Source: Rhynchobatus australiae
Lineage: Eukaryota
Reading direction: 5' to 3'
Assembly: GCA_034780895.1 (NCBI GenBank)
Contig: JAUZTB010000069.1
Coordinates: 9,077,476 to 9,141,475, forward strand
DNA: 64,000 nt
In this document: piece by piece, positions 40,340 to 53,189 of the stretch
How the letters are laid out: every line of letters starts with the position of its first letter
Position numbering within the stretch: position 1 is the stretch's first letter
Made by a program: the position numbers and the translations under genes
Notes under the pieces: generated by a model
The model's input: only the letters and a program-made list of their open reading frames with translations
What the model was told of the DNA's origin: nothing
The model's database searches: none

Positions 40340-40592
40340 TATTTTATTCTCCCCACATTCCCATCAATTACCCCCGAGATTCTACCCCTCACTTACACAC
40401 TAGGGACAATTACAGAGGCCAATTAATTTACCAACCCTTGCATTTTTTGAGATGTGTAGGATAAAATCGGAGCACCAACAGGAAACCACATGGTCTCAGG
40501 GTGAACACGCAAACTCTGTACAAATGGTACCCACAGTCAGGATTGAACCCAGTTCTCTGCTGTTGAGGCAGCGGCTCTATAAGCTGCCCCTG
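40340..40592 (-). mobile_element. V-SINE copy
   Basis: + strand ggagcacc...ggaaaccaca...acgcaaactc...caggattgaaccc...gctgttgaggcagc is the reverse complement of the V domain and B box. Confidence 0.7.
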
Positions 40593-41439
40593 TGTTAGAG
40601 GGATTTTCACTGGGGAGTGGGTGGGGGGGGAAATGGGTAATAGACAAAAACCTGGAGAGCACTGAGGAGAGCATTTAGGTTTAATGAGGAGCCTATCAGG
40701 GTCAGATTCACATGGCTGGGAGCACTTCCAGGAAACATCCTGTAAATAAAAGTCCACAGGCACAGTGTTAGGAAAATATAGTTCTGGGTGTAACCAACAA
40801 TGAACACTTCTGGGAACAATGCAACGTAATTTCTCAGACATGTTCCGAAGCAGCTTGTTCTAAAGAATGGTAATAATGTCATTCTGATTGCAACTGAAAG
40901 GGAAAGGGAATCATTAGCATAACCAGAACTGTCTAGCTGAGTTTCTGGAGTAGTGCGATTTGATCTGGTGAAAGCTGTATTTATTTATGTTCCTCTCTGT
41001 AAGTAATGGACTTTCAGACCAGTTGCACCGAAACACATAGCCTAGCATCCAGATTTCTAATATGAACCTAAACTACTTTGGACAGGTTTACCTAAAATAT
41101 ATTGAAGTTTCCTTTTTACTTATCCTTGAATTTATTTAATTTCTTCTACCATATTTGATTTCTTTCAGCATTTTAAATATGTTAATAATTTCATTTTCAT
41201 TCCAATGAGACATGAGACTGTGTTCTGCTACTCTTGTAAAACAAAATGCTTCAAGTAGATTAAGAGGGGATAAAGACTAAGCATGACAAAAATAGAGACT
41301 TTTAAAAGGTTTTTGAGTGATGTTAAGGAAAGTGAGTATCTAGGGCACATAATTTGAAGCTGAGTCAATACCATCCATGTTGTTTTAAAGATCAGGCATC
41401 TATGGTGAAGAGGAGGAAGTGTGAACTGTGTGCTTGGAA

Positions 41440-42950
41440 ATGTAGTTGGAGCTACACACCAGAGGAAGGATGTGATGGTGCTGGAGAGGGTGCAGAGCAC
41501 ATTTACTAGGATGTTGCTTGGGATGGCACATTCCATTTATGAGGAGAGACTAGGTCTGTTTTCCCTGGAACAGAGGAAGTCAAGAGGGGAGATGATAGGA
41601 TTAATATGGATGAGTTCGCACTGGTTGGCACGGACGTGGTCATTGTTTTTCAAAATTCTTTAGATCCTGTAATGGTTCTGGGAGTTTGGAGAGTAGCAAA
41701 TATGACCTAACTATTTTAGGGAAGGAGAGAAAACACAGAAAACTACTAGCCAGTTAGGCTTACATTAGTAGTAGTGAAAATGCTGGAATTTAAAATGAAT
41801 CTTAGATTATCTAGAAAATGACACTAGGAATGAGCAGAGTCAAAATGGATTTAGGGAAGGGAAATTATGACTAATCTATGGAAGTTCCTTGAGGATGTGA
41901 CTAGTAGAACCGTTAAGGAGGAACCAGTAGATGTGATATATTTACATTTTCCAACACAGGTCGGTCAACAAGATTACAACACATGGANNNNNNNNNNNNN
42001 NNNNNNNNNNNNNNNNNNNNNNNNNNNNNNNNNNNNNNNNNNNNNNNNNNNNNNNNNNNNNNNNNNNNNNNNNNNNNNNNNNNNNNNAAGATTACAACAC
42101 ATGGAAGTTGATGTATACATTGCATGGATTGAAATTTGGTTAACAGACAGAAATCAAACACTGGGAATAAACAGGTCTTTCTCAGGGTGCAGGATGTAAT
42201 GTGTGGGCTACCTCTGTGATCGATGTTTGGGAATAATAACGTGCAAAAAAAAGTGAGGTTGTTTACTTTGGTGCACAAATAAAAGGCAAAGTATTTTTTA
42301 AATGATGAGGGAATGGGAAATATTGATGTTCAAAGGGATCTAGGTGTCCTTGTAGCCAAGTCACTGAAAGCTAACATGCAGGCACAGCAATTAAGGGAAA
42401 TGTATTATAAATAGCAAGAAAAATGTCTTACTGCAGTTATGTAGTGTTTTGGTGAGATCACACCTGGAGTATTGTGTACAGTTTTGTTCTTCTACTCAAA
42501 GGATGTTCTTGCCACAGAGGGAGCGCAACAAAGGCTCACTAGATGTCAGGTTTGTTGTATGAGGAAAGATCGAGTTAACTAGGCCTTATTCTCCATGGTT
42601 TAGAAAATGAGGTGATCTCCTTGAAACTTACAAATTCATCCGGGGTTTGATTGATAGATGTAGGGAAGTTGTTTCCCTGGCTGAGGAGTCTACAATCAAG
42701 GGGTCATGGCCTACCCCTTATTCTTTTCTCAGAGTGGTGAATCTATGGAATTTTCTACACCAGACTGTGGAGGCTAAGTCATCGAGTTAAATCAAAACAA
42801 AGAGCAAGACATTTCTGGAAATTACAAGAAACAAGGGATATTGCAATGGTGCAGAAAATGGAGCTGAAGCAGATAGTCAGCCATGATCTTGATAAATGAC
42901 AGAGCAAACCCGAAGGATCAGATGACCTACTCCTGCTGCTAGGTTATGGG
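41440..42950 (+). mobile_element. CR1/HER1-type LINE ORF2 fragments
   Basis: RKDVMVLERVQSTFTRML; TNLWKFLEDVTSRTVKEEPVDVIYLHF (RT motif); AWIEIWLTDRNQ; 3' end gtcagccatgatc. Confidence 0.8.
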
Positions 42951-44469
42951 GTACAAAGCCATACAAAAGGACCTACACAATGTGAAAGCTAGGCTGAAAA
43001 TGTGAGTAAAAGCAGCCAATCCATAAAAAGACAAAAACAAAGATTAGTACTTTGATTACAAAGAGGGAAAAGCTGGGAAACTTCCTCTCTTGAAAATTTT
43101 ACAAATTGGCTAGACTTGGAGCATACAGTTCAATTTCACATCAGTCTATAATGCCGAAGCTACAAATTACCTCATCCAGTGTGAGAGGCTGGGAATGGCA
43201 TCAGAGTATTATATGCTAGAATAATGTGGATAGCTTGGTTCAGTCCACTTCGAGTTGGAATAAAATTTGAATGACCCAGGCTTTCATGTCAGAGTCAATG
43301 AGAACAACCGTTGTTGTGCCAATAGCAAAGGTTGAAAGGCCAGATGTCGTTGTGAATATCTGAAAGGTGATCCTTACGTTTTGATAATGTTACAACGATA
43401 ATAATAGGAGACCAAAGAGAGAGCGTTAGGTAGTAGAAAAGAATTCAAGGAGCTTGTGATTTTTGTTAAAGAGAATGCAATGAAAAAGGGACAATGCAGT
43501 CATAGTGAACGTTAATCAGTTGACAGAACTAGTGAAATTAACAAAGCTGATGATTGATCTCAAAATTGGAAGAGGTCAAGAAAAATAAGAATTAAGTCAT
43601 GGCTGGAGTCACACTTCCATAAGCAGGGTCTAAGTATCACTGGCTGATTGGAACCAGATTGGAAGAATTTGAATAAAAATTGATGGGAAAGATGAGTACA
43701 GAGTTATGCAGCAATATTACGAAGGAAGGTCAAAGTACTGCAGAAATTCTGTAACACTTCACGATGTAGAACACTGCCCAGGCATGAGAAAAACAATGTC
43801 TAATTCAATGCAGGCAACTTCCCCTCTAATTAAAACTATTAGGATTGTGCATCTGTATATTTAGTAATTATCTTACCATATAGAATTATATTGAGTGATT
43901 CACTTAAATGCCAGTTGTCTTAGTACAGATTCTAATTAGTCAACATATTTTCCCCAGTGTAGTTTAAGTCAAAGTAGCTCACTACTATGAAGATTTATTT
44001 GAGTGTTCACAGAGCAATGATATAGATCCAATGGTAGGAAACCCACTAATCACAGTAAACACTCATCACTTCATGTTTCCAAAAGACTGATAGCAAATAT
44101 TGCTTCAGCTATATTTAAAATAATGAGTAGCAGTAATGTAGACAAACTGCAGTTCCTGTTCCAATATATTGTTGCAATACTTGGCTTTATTCACCCTCTA
44201 AGTTGTAATGCTCCCATTTCATTGTCCCTTCTCCAAATGCACGAGTTAATTTAGACATTACCATGCAAACATTTTATATACAACTGTATGGTATGTTGAG
44301 TACAGAAATTTGGTCCAACTAGNNNATGCCTGCAGTTACATTCCACTCAATCCTCTTCCAGTCTTTCATCATTTAACTCCCTGAGTACAACCCTGTATTC
44401 CAATCAACTCTTATCTCACCACTGCTTCTCTTGATGCCTCTAATGTTTCTAAATTGTCAGTGTTTAAAT

Positions 44470-45125
44470 GACATCTTGTACAGGCCATTTGAAGATCAAG
44501 ACCTGGCACAAAACTCATGGTCTACCAGCCTACAATGATCCCTGCTCTCTTCCATGCTTCTCGGTACCCTCTCAAATACTTGGATTACCTATAAGCAGGC
44601 ATCTCAAGGCATGGAAAGATATCACTGATAATATTTTCCACAATATCCTCCAAAGTCACTGAAACTTTCAGTAAACTAACATGGGCGTCTTCTCCCAGGC
44701 TAATAGCCCCATAGCCCCACTGCAGACAGCCTAACTATTCAGTGAGCTATGTTGGTCAGGCCATGTCATTCACATACCTTGTCACTAGACTCCCAAAACA
44801 CACACTCACACAAACCACTGAAGGAGATTGGAAAATATTTAAGGATATGCTCTAAGCCTCCTTGAAAAAATGCAACATCCCACTGTCACCTGGGAATTTC
44901 CAGCTGAATCTACTCAAACTGGATGAACAGTATTTGAGAGGGTATCGAGAACCCCAGGTCCATGTGCCAGGAGGACACAGAAACCCCCAGAAGTGGTGCA
45001 AGGAGCACACCACCTCACAAATCACCCACCTGCCTACCTGGTTAGGTACCTGCTCCCCAACTATGAAAGAGACTGCTATTTCTGCACTGGCCTCATCAAT
45101 CATCGAAAGTGGATCCAAATACTGG
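44470..45125 (+). mobile_element. RTE-clade LINE 3' fragment
   Basis: tttgaagatcaagacc...aaaactcatggtctacc; tatcctccaaagtcactg; ASLKKCNIP. Similar to the 4.6-5.1 kb element. Confidence 0.6.
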
Positions 45126-47069
45126 AGGCCAAAGTCATTGTTTTCGGTCCCTGTCAAAAACCCTGTTCCCCAGGCATCAACTCCATCCCCCTCTGGCAAC
45201 AGTCTGAAATCAAACTAGATAATCTGCCATCTTGGTGTCAGATATGACCCAAGTTATGTTTAGCATCTCATGACTGAGCTATTAAGACTACATATTTCCA
45301 CCTCTTTAACAAATTTGTCTCTGTGCAACTCTGATCACCTGTTCCTAAAACCTCATCCATGGCTTTGTGATCAGGAGACTTGATTTCTCTAATGCAAGAA
45401 GTGCAGGTACAGCAACATGATATGGGCAGCTGTAGAAAACAGACATTTCTGACTTGGGAGAAATTTGCTTACCAATAGTTCTCAGGTACAGAACCCTCAC
45501 ATCACCTGGGGATTGCCTGTACCTCTTCTTCCTGTACTTTGAAGTCAATCTTTTGTTTGATGACACTCTCATCACGGAACATTTTTGCTTCTTCATAGTC
45601 AGTGATAACATTATTGCTATCTATGTTATTCAGTACAACTTCTCCTTACAATAGTGAACTCTATATTCTCACCATTCTCAGTATTATAAAGTTACTTTTG
45701 AATTGCCTATCTGATTTCTATCCACTCTATTACATTCATGATTTTAAAGTTCATCATTTTTCTTTCCAAGATAAAAGACAGCAGACCTGTTCAACCTTTT
45801 CCTACAAGATGTAACCANNNNNNNNNNNNNNNNNCTAACCATTCAAACCTTTTATTGAATCCTGCATCCAACCATATATTATATTCTTACGACATATAAA
45901 ACAATTAATTATTTTTTGGTGGGGTGGGGAGGGCAGTAGTTATTGTTGATACTTGGGCAAATACTTAGCTCCATGAGAGGGAATTGAGATAAATGAGCAG
46001 GTAATATTTTTGATGGTGTTGGTTGAAGATGAATGTGAGGAACACTGCTTGCTCTTCTTCACAGAAGTGACATGGAGTCTTTCACATCATACCTAACTGG
46101 CACATAGAGCAAAGCATCACATCCAAAACAGTCCTGACAAAAGACAATTGTCTCAATCCTGCACTCATATAAACTTAGATCATGGACTCAAAGCTGCTCT
46201 GAAGTCAATGAGTGATTTGAGAGTGGGGAGAAGTGACAGCTTGTTGGTTGCATCATTCTGGATGTGGCAGGTTCATAATATTTCTCCACTGTTGAGGAAC
46301 AGTTCCACAAAAGCTAAGTGGGAGAAAGTACTCATTACTCTGAATAGCTCTTATATACATGCCAAATTAGCTGGTTAAGCAAAGGATGAAGCAGTAGCCT
46401 AACCGCCAACTCAATGCACAAATTACACATGATGTGAACAGATGAGAATGCTTAAAGATGTTAGAAAGACTGAATGTTTTGGAAACCTAAGAACTCCAGT
46501 ACAGTTGGGCAGGAACCATGGAGTCATCCCTTAGTAAAGAACAATGCTGTAAAAATATTTCAATGTCTGATAATAGAAAACATTTTTATCAGCAATAATA
46601 GTGATCACCAACTGAATGTTGGCACATTTTCAATAATACAAAATAATACAGATATTGAGGAAGATGCTTTTCAGAATATAATCAATTACGAACACAGCTG
46701 AAGATTACACAATAGCTTCAAGTTCCTCCACCGCAGCCAGAGTTAACTTTTTCAAAGTGACTTGTTCATCTTAGTAAAACTGTTCACCAATCTGCTGATT
46801 TGAAAATGACACCATTGCTGATCAAATCTTTTTTAATAGCACCATTAATAATTTTATTAAATGGAACACATTTCATTCAGTTTACTAAAATTCCAGAAAA
46901 TATTGATGCCATGCATTAACGCAACTTAAAATCCAATGATATAATTGATGATGGACAGCTCCAATTCTTTTTGTAAATGATCCATTTTATTCTTCTAGTT
47001 AACTCCATGACACATACAGGTTAATCAAGCAGTTTCAAGAAATGCTATAAATGTTCAAAACCACCATCA

Positions 47070-47975
47070 GTACTTCTTAGATAGTCCCTCAGAGTTGAGG
47101 ATGACCTACTTCCACTCCAGATCTAGGGTAACTGCTGTGAGGACCTACAGGCTCTGTCACAGGTGAGGCAGGAGCAGCTGGATGGGTTATTTATCAGGCT
47201 CCTACTGCCTGCTGTTAATGTTGGGCTTCTGCATGCTTTTGATGAAGTAACCCCAGGTCCTCAATGCCATCCCGAATGCAGCTGCCCCATTTTGAGCAGT
47301 GATTGTTCAGGAATTATGAAGGTTAGGCAGGAGGACAGAAGAAGTTTTATAGGATGAGTTTGCCTTCAGTAATAAGCTATTCAAGCACCTCACATTTTCC
47401 CATGAGGTATTTATACAAGATTTTCAGGGTCAGTCTGGTGTGGAATGGGCATGTTACAATCATCAGTGCACATGCTCCAAACCTGGAAGCAGTGAATGAG
47501 GCTGAGAACTTCTACTCCATCCTTGGGGTGGGGAATAAAAAGCCTGGCTTGCATTCTAGAGGGAGATTACCTCCAGGCTTTGAAATCATTTCCTCTGACA
47601 TCCTGCTAATCCTTGTAAGAGGGACACAACTCAGTGTAGTCTGCCTGTCTCAGCTGGCAGGGGTTCTGATGCCGGGCATCAAACAACAGGCCTTTCCAAT
47701 GGAGCTGGCTGTAATTAGCCTCAGTGCTAATGTTGGTCTGGGTGTGGTTGCTGATGTTGATTCACTTATCCCACCAGTGGATTAGGAAGATTTTGTGGAG
47801 ATAGCATTGTTAGTACCTCCCAATTGTTTTGAAGCGTCTGTTGCATGTAGACAATATCTCAGAGCACACAATAGGGTGAAGATCATTGCCCAATAGACCA
47901 TGAACTCTGTGCCAAGTCTAGAGTCTTGATCTTCAAACAGCTGGCCAAAGATCATGCTGATTTTCTGAAGACACA
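47070..47975. mobile_element. Mixed RTE-like LINE relics
   Basis: HVTIISAHAPNLEA (endonuclease-like) on +; RTE-like 3' end on - at about 47075-47300. Confidence 0.4.
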
Positions 47976-48440
47976 GGNNNNNNNNNNNNNNNNNNNNNNN
48001 NNNNNNNNNNNNNNNNNNNNNNNNNNNNNNNNNNNNNNNNNNNNNNNNNNNNNNNNNNNNNNNNNNNNNNNNNNNNNNNNNNNNNNNNNNNNNNNNNNNN
48101 NNNNNACTTTATACATTAGCTCACTGTCCCCACCGTTACCAGTAATTATGGCCCTTGCCGTGCTTTAAGTGATGAGAGAAGCTGATTTAATAAATACGTG
48201 GACTAAAGTTATGACTAAGCAGCAATGTTCCTGCACATTTTCATAAACAGTGGGTAGATTCTGTTGAAGGTCTCCATTACATCCAATGTTTTAGTTGTTC
48301 AATCTGTCAAAAACTTGTTTTTTTCACTCCTTTATACTAAATATAGTCTCCATAATATGTTTTTTTTTGCTAAAGCAGCAATGTTTAAGTGTGAAATCAA
48401 ACGCTGAAAAAGGGAAAATGTTTGTAACCTTGGAACTTAC

Positions 48441-48995
48441 CTTAGCTTTCCCAGTGCTTTGCAGAATGTGTACCAATGCACAAGCCATCTCTTCCTTGCT
48501 CTTCACGCTCAGCACAGGCTCCAGCACTGTACACATGAGCATATAGTTATTTGTAATGTATTCAGCAAACTCTTTGTAGAGCTCCATTGGAAGAATGCTC
48601 ATGCTCTGGTAGCGAGATTTGATTCGAATCATTGGGCCTGCTGATTTGCCCTTGCTAGGATTGGGCACACTCACAGGATACCACTTCTCCAGGAACTGTC
48701 GCCCCGTCACAGTTGCTATAGGAATATTCACCAGACCCACATAATTATTCTTATCTTTCTTTTTCTTCTTATCGGTCTCTTTGTACAAGTGCACTGTAAT
48801 GTTTTTTACTGTGGGCAGGTTACTGAATTCAAAGTGTTCTCCCCAGAAAACATTGTCCGTTTTCAGCTTGCAGGTAGTCCGTGCATACAATGTGTCATCA
48901 AGGCAGAGTTCACAGAAGTACTTTTTCTTGGCTGGCAGATCCTTGGCTTCAATAATCCACAGTTTGAGCAGGTTCTCCACACGTCTGCTGTTATC
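48441..48995 (-). CDS. DAB2IP: DAB2IP coding exon, 555 bp (C2 domain and start of GAP): [18 protein letters not shown]...[11 protein letters not shown]
   Basis: Acceptor tcattttag|GAT AAC; donor GCT AAG|gtaagt; C2 motif FWGEHFEF and poly-Lys DKKKKKDK; ORF 48324..48980. Confidence 0.97.
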
Positions 48996-49508
48996 CTAAA
49001 ATGACACAGGAAAAGATTAAGTTCAAGATCCCCTCATGGCTATAACTGTAATTTACTCATTGTTAGTCTCTCTTCTTAGTCAATTTAAGACCGATATAAT
49101 ATCAGTAATTTGTATCTACTGAGTTATCACACTCTGCAAAGATAATCAGTTTGATAACTTAAAAATAAATCCCTTTTTTATTAACACAATTTGCTTCCTG
49201 ATATTACTCTTAATTGCAAAATAGAATGAACCATATACATTTTGCAGATCTTGATTAACTATCTGGTTAACTGGTATTAACTTACACATGACTGGATAAA
49301 GAGTATAATTCACTCCCAACAGAGAGATAAAAGTCTACTTTTATAGCATGGTTTCTGTGCAGCAGTGTTCACCTTCTTTTCAATCCTTCAGGCTTTGCAC
49401 TCTGAGCTCAGGGGCAGGTAGCCCCGAACCTTCAACAAGACAAGTGACAGCAGCCTACAGATGGCCATTCCCCATCTATTTCAGGGCTAGTGCCTAAATT
49501 GGAGTCAG

Positions 49509-49558
49509 CATTGATTACACCACTAATGATTACACCATCATTAGTGGTGTAATCAATG
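49509..49558. repeat. Perfect 22-bp inverted repeat with 6-nt loop
   Basis: cattgattacaccactaatgat-tacacc-atcattagtggtgtaatcaatg. Confidence 0.95.
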
Positions 49559-50269
49559 ATAGACACTTATGAATAATTTGCAAACCCCAGTGTGTGTTCA
49601 CCATTAGGGGAAGTGCCTTCATCCAAGACCATTTTTAAAATGTTAACAGTTTCTCTCCAGAGATGGGCTATCAGAGATATAGTTATCACCCATTACTAAA
49701 ATGAATGGATTGCTAGGCAACTTCACAAAACATTAAGTGTCACTGAAATAGCAGGCTCCTTTCCTCAAGGAACATTAGTTATCCAGTTAGATCCTTCAGG
49801 TGCAGATTGCTCTCACAGGCAATATTGCTCCTCCTAACCCACAAATTACCAGATTTATTTGGTTTCACTAGGTTTCGGTGAAGCAGATGGTCATAGTAGC
49901 TGAGTGCTAATGAGATTTCAGTCATGAGCTTGTTACTGTAAACTTCAGAAGCATCCAAGGCTTTGCATGTTGTCAGGAATGAGTTTAGGAATGGGAGGTT
50001 TCAAAAGGATGAGAGAGAGATTTAGTGGTTGAAGGCCTGATGTCAGAATGGCTCTGGTGCCCCTATCAAGAACTTTGGAGGAAAAACTGTTAGATCAGAA
50101 GGGTGGAAGTATGGTACAAGAGCTCACCAGGTTCAGAGTGACTAGACTTACGGAAATCCGTCTTTAATCAAATTCTCCCATACATTTTTAAATGATTTTT
50201 CTAGCTAGTAATAATAATAGTACTTTCAAGGTGTCCATTAATGACTGGGATACAGTATATGTGGGGTTG

Positions 50270-50645
50270 AGAGGGAAAAATAAATCAGCCATGACCAAAT
50301 GGCGGAGCAGATTCGATGGGCAAAATGGCCTAATTCTACTCCTATGTTTTATGGTCTTATATTCCATTAGTTTAATTATGGGCAGTGTTACAGTGAATAT
50401 TCAATGAAGAAAAGAAAAAATTATAGCAAGTGCATGTACAGCGATATGATATGGGTTACTATAAAAAATAGATGGTCCTGAAGCACTTGAGGCAGGTACA
50501 ATAACAACATTTAAAAAGCATGTGGACAGGTACATGGATTGGAAAGGTTTAGAGGGACATGGGATGAGCTTAGATGGGAATCTTGGTTGGCATGGACCAG
50601 TTGGGCCGAAGGGCCTGTTTCCATGCTGTATGATTCTATGACTTA
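50270..50645 (+). mobile_element. Two CR1-type 3' tails (about 50270-50360 and 50470-50645)
   Basis: atcagccatgaccaaatggcggagcagattcgatgggcaaaatggcctaattctactcct; gggccgaagggcctgtttccatgctgtatgattctatgact. Confidence 0.7.
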
Positions 50646-53090
50646 TGGAGAAATCGACTCACGGACAGCTCTCAGGAACGGAACCCTTACATAAGCTGGG
50701 GACTGCCTATATTGGATGTAATGCAGGATCAGAGAGGGAGAACGGTGGGGATGTACACAAGTCTACAGAATAGGTATGGACTTACTTTACTGGGGTAATA
50801 ATTCAGTCTAGATTTTGAAGAACTGGTTGTCCTGGGATGCTCAAACATGGTTAAGACCATGTGGTCTAATTTTCCCTGCGATGTTCCAAAAGGATATTGC
50901 ATAGGAGTGACATAATTTGATTACAGTCTCATAGGGCAACTGCATCAGACATAAACACATGCCTCATCCAGAAAAGTGCCTGGTTGCATTTACTAAGTTA
51001 AGAGCAAGGGCATTTTTTGAAACAGTGGTTAAAGCAGATAGTGCTGAATTAAGGAGGTGTACAGAATACCTTGGCTATGGCACTTAAAATGAGTTCTGAT
51101 CTGCAGGTGATGTGCCTTAATCAGTAATTGGCCTTCCGGAAACTAAATGAAGAATGGCATCAATTAGAAATGTAAACATATCCGATAATTGCAACATGAA
51201 TACCCTTTTATATTGGGATTGTAGCCAAGTCCTTTGATGTGTATAACTTGCATGCAAGACCCATTAGAGAAGCCAAACATTTTTTAAATTGGGGTCATAT
51301 CAAAAACTAGTTTCAAAAAGATCTTAAGCCATATAAAATTATTTCCTCAACACTACAATGCACAGCAAAAACTACAGGCTGTGTGATAGCTTTGTACAAG
51401 TTTACAGCTAGATTTATCACTGCTGTCCCTTGGTTGCAAGGAAGGAGATCTCTCTCACATTGGGGAGGGTGAGAGGGGGAAATAGCCCTGGAGGAGTGGT
51501 CCAATTATTTTGTATATTTTAACATGCTGAGCACCTGATTATGTTCAACCCGAACCAAACTCCTTCACTTTCTGCTGCAGTCCAGGTTTGCTCTACATGA
51601 TAAGACCTCAGGAAATTATTCAAATTACAGAGTTCTTTGGCAGTGGGCCAGCATTTATTTAGAATCTGTTTTACACAGCTTACATTGGTGAAGCTCAAGG
51701 GGATTTCAAGTAAATTATAAGACAACTCCTGAAGAAGAATGACAAAAGGATTGCAACATCTAACTTAAATCATTTTGTGATACAACTGTCAACTCCCAAC
51801 TGCAAATGAAGTTTGTTTCAGGGTCTAGTGCAGTAGATAACATGCCATTATGTAGACATACTGTGAAATATAATTGCCCTATTTGAGAGAAATCTTATAC
51901 TATGACATTTCCAAATGTTGACCAACCGTACTGTTAGAACCCTTAATGTTCACATGGGAAATCATTGCTGCTACATCTATGATACCAAACTACATACAAT
52001 TCAAGTGATATAAAATGGAACTTCAAAAGTAACATGGTAAGTGTGCTCAGAAACATTTCCAGGGTGTACAATGAATGTTGTACATNNNNNNNNNNNNNNN
52101 NNNNNNNNNNNNNNNNNNNNNNNNNNNNNNNNNNNNNNNNNNNNNNNNNNNNNNNNNNNNNNNNNNNNNNNNNNNNNNNNNNNNNNNNNNNNNNNNNNNN
52201 NNNNNNNNNNNNNNNNNNNNNNNNNNNNNNNATTTTTTTTTATCTTAACTCAATATGTTCAGCAGTATAGTCAATTTGCTCATGTTGTGTCAGTAAGTTG
52301 CTTTCAATGATTGCAGGTTTCTTTTCTTGTGTATATAACTCAATAGTCAGGTCCTAATCTGACTTCTGGGCGCAGTCTAGCCATGAGGTGTGAGACCGTT
52401 CCGCTTCCTTCTGTTATCATATTCCACCATGGTACAAAAGCTACATTCTACCTCCTTAACTTGGAATTGAATCATCATCTCCTGAAATAAGTTATACTCC
52501 TTGTCACACACTCACAACACAAAATATTAGTTGCACAGCAAAAGGAATGCACAAGATTGAAGAGAGTTTTGCTAACTAACATTAAGTGGGGAACAGACAT
52601 CTGTATAATTCTCTACAAACACATGTCTGAAATAAAATTAAGTATCCCACTCAAAAAAGGATGCTGACTGTAGCTATTTATTTTTGACGCCAACCTTGCA
52701 TTGTCCCTGGAGGTATTCTGATGTCAGTCTCAGGGTTTGCCGAATCTTGGTAGCCACTTGACATTCACTTTTTGTTTAATACTTTATTTGACAAATCACA
52801 TTTGTAAATGAATTGTTCGGAGTGCTTCGTGGGAGAAAGGATGAATAAGGACACCAGGCAGGACAAAAACAGGTAAATAATGAGAAACATGAGGAGGCTG
52901 AAGACAACTGCAAATCACCAACTATATAATTATGATGCTTTCCATGGAAATGCATAACTCAGTTTAAACAAAATACCANNNNNNNNNNNNNNNNNNNNNN
53001 NNNNNNNNNNNNNNNNNNNNNNNNNNNNNNNNNNNNNNNNNNNNNNNNNNNNNNNNNACTTCCTTGAACATTATTAGTCCATTCTTTTAC

Positions 53091-53189
53091 CTTATTTGGC
53101 TGCACTGCACGCCTGAGATTTTCCATCCACTTATCTCTTTCTGCTACTGAACGGCACGAAAAACATTTGCTGCCTGTTGAAGTTGTCAC
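53091..53189 (-). CDS. DAB2IP: DAB2IP coding exon, 99 bp (end of PH domain): [33 protein letters not shown]
   Basis: Acceptor ctttactgcag|GTG; donor AAT AAG|gtaaaa; within ORF 52959..53189. Confidence 0.96.
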
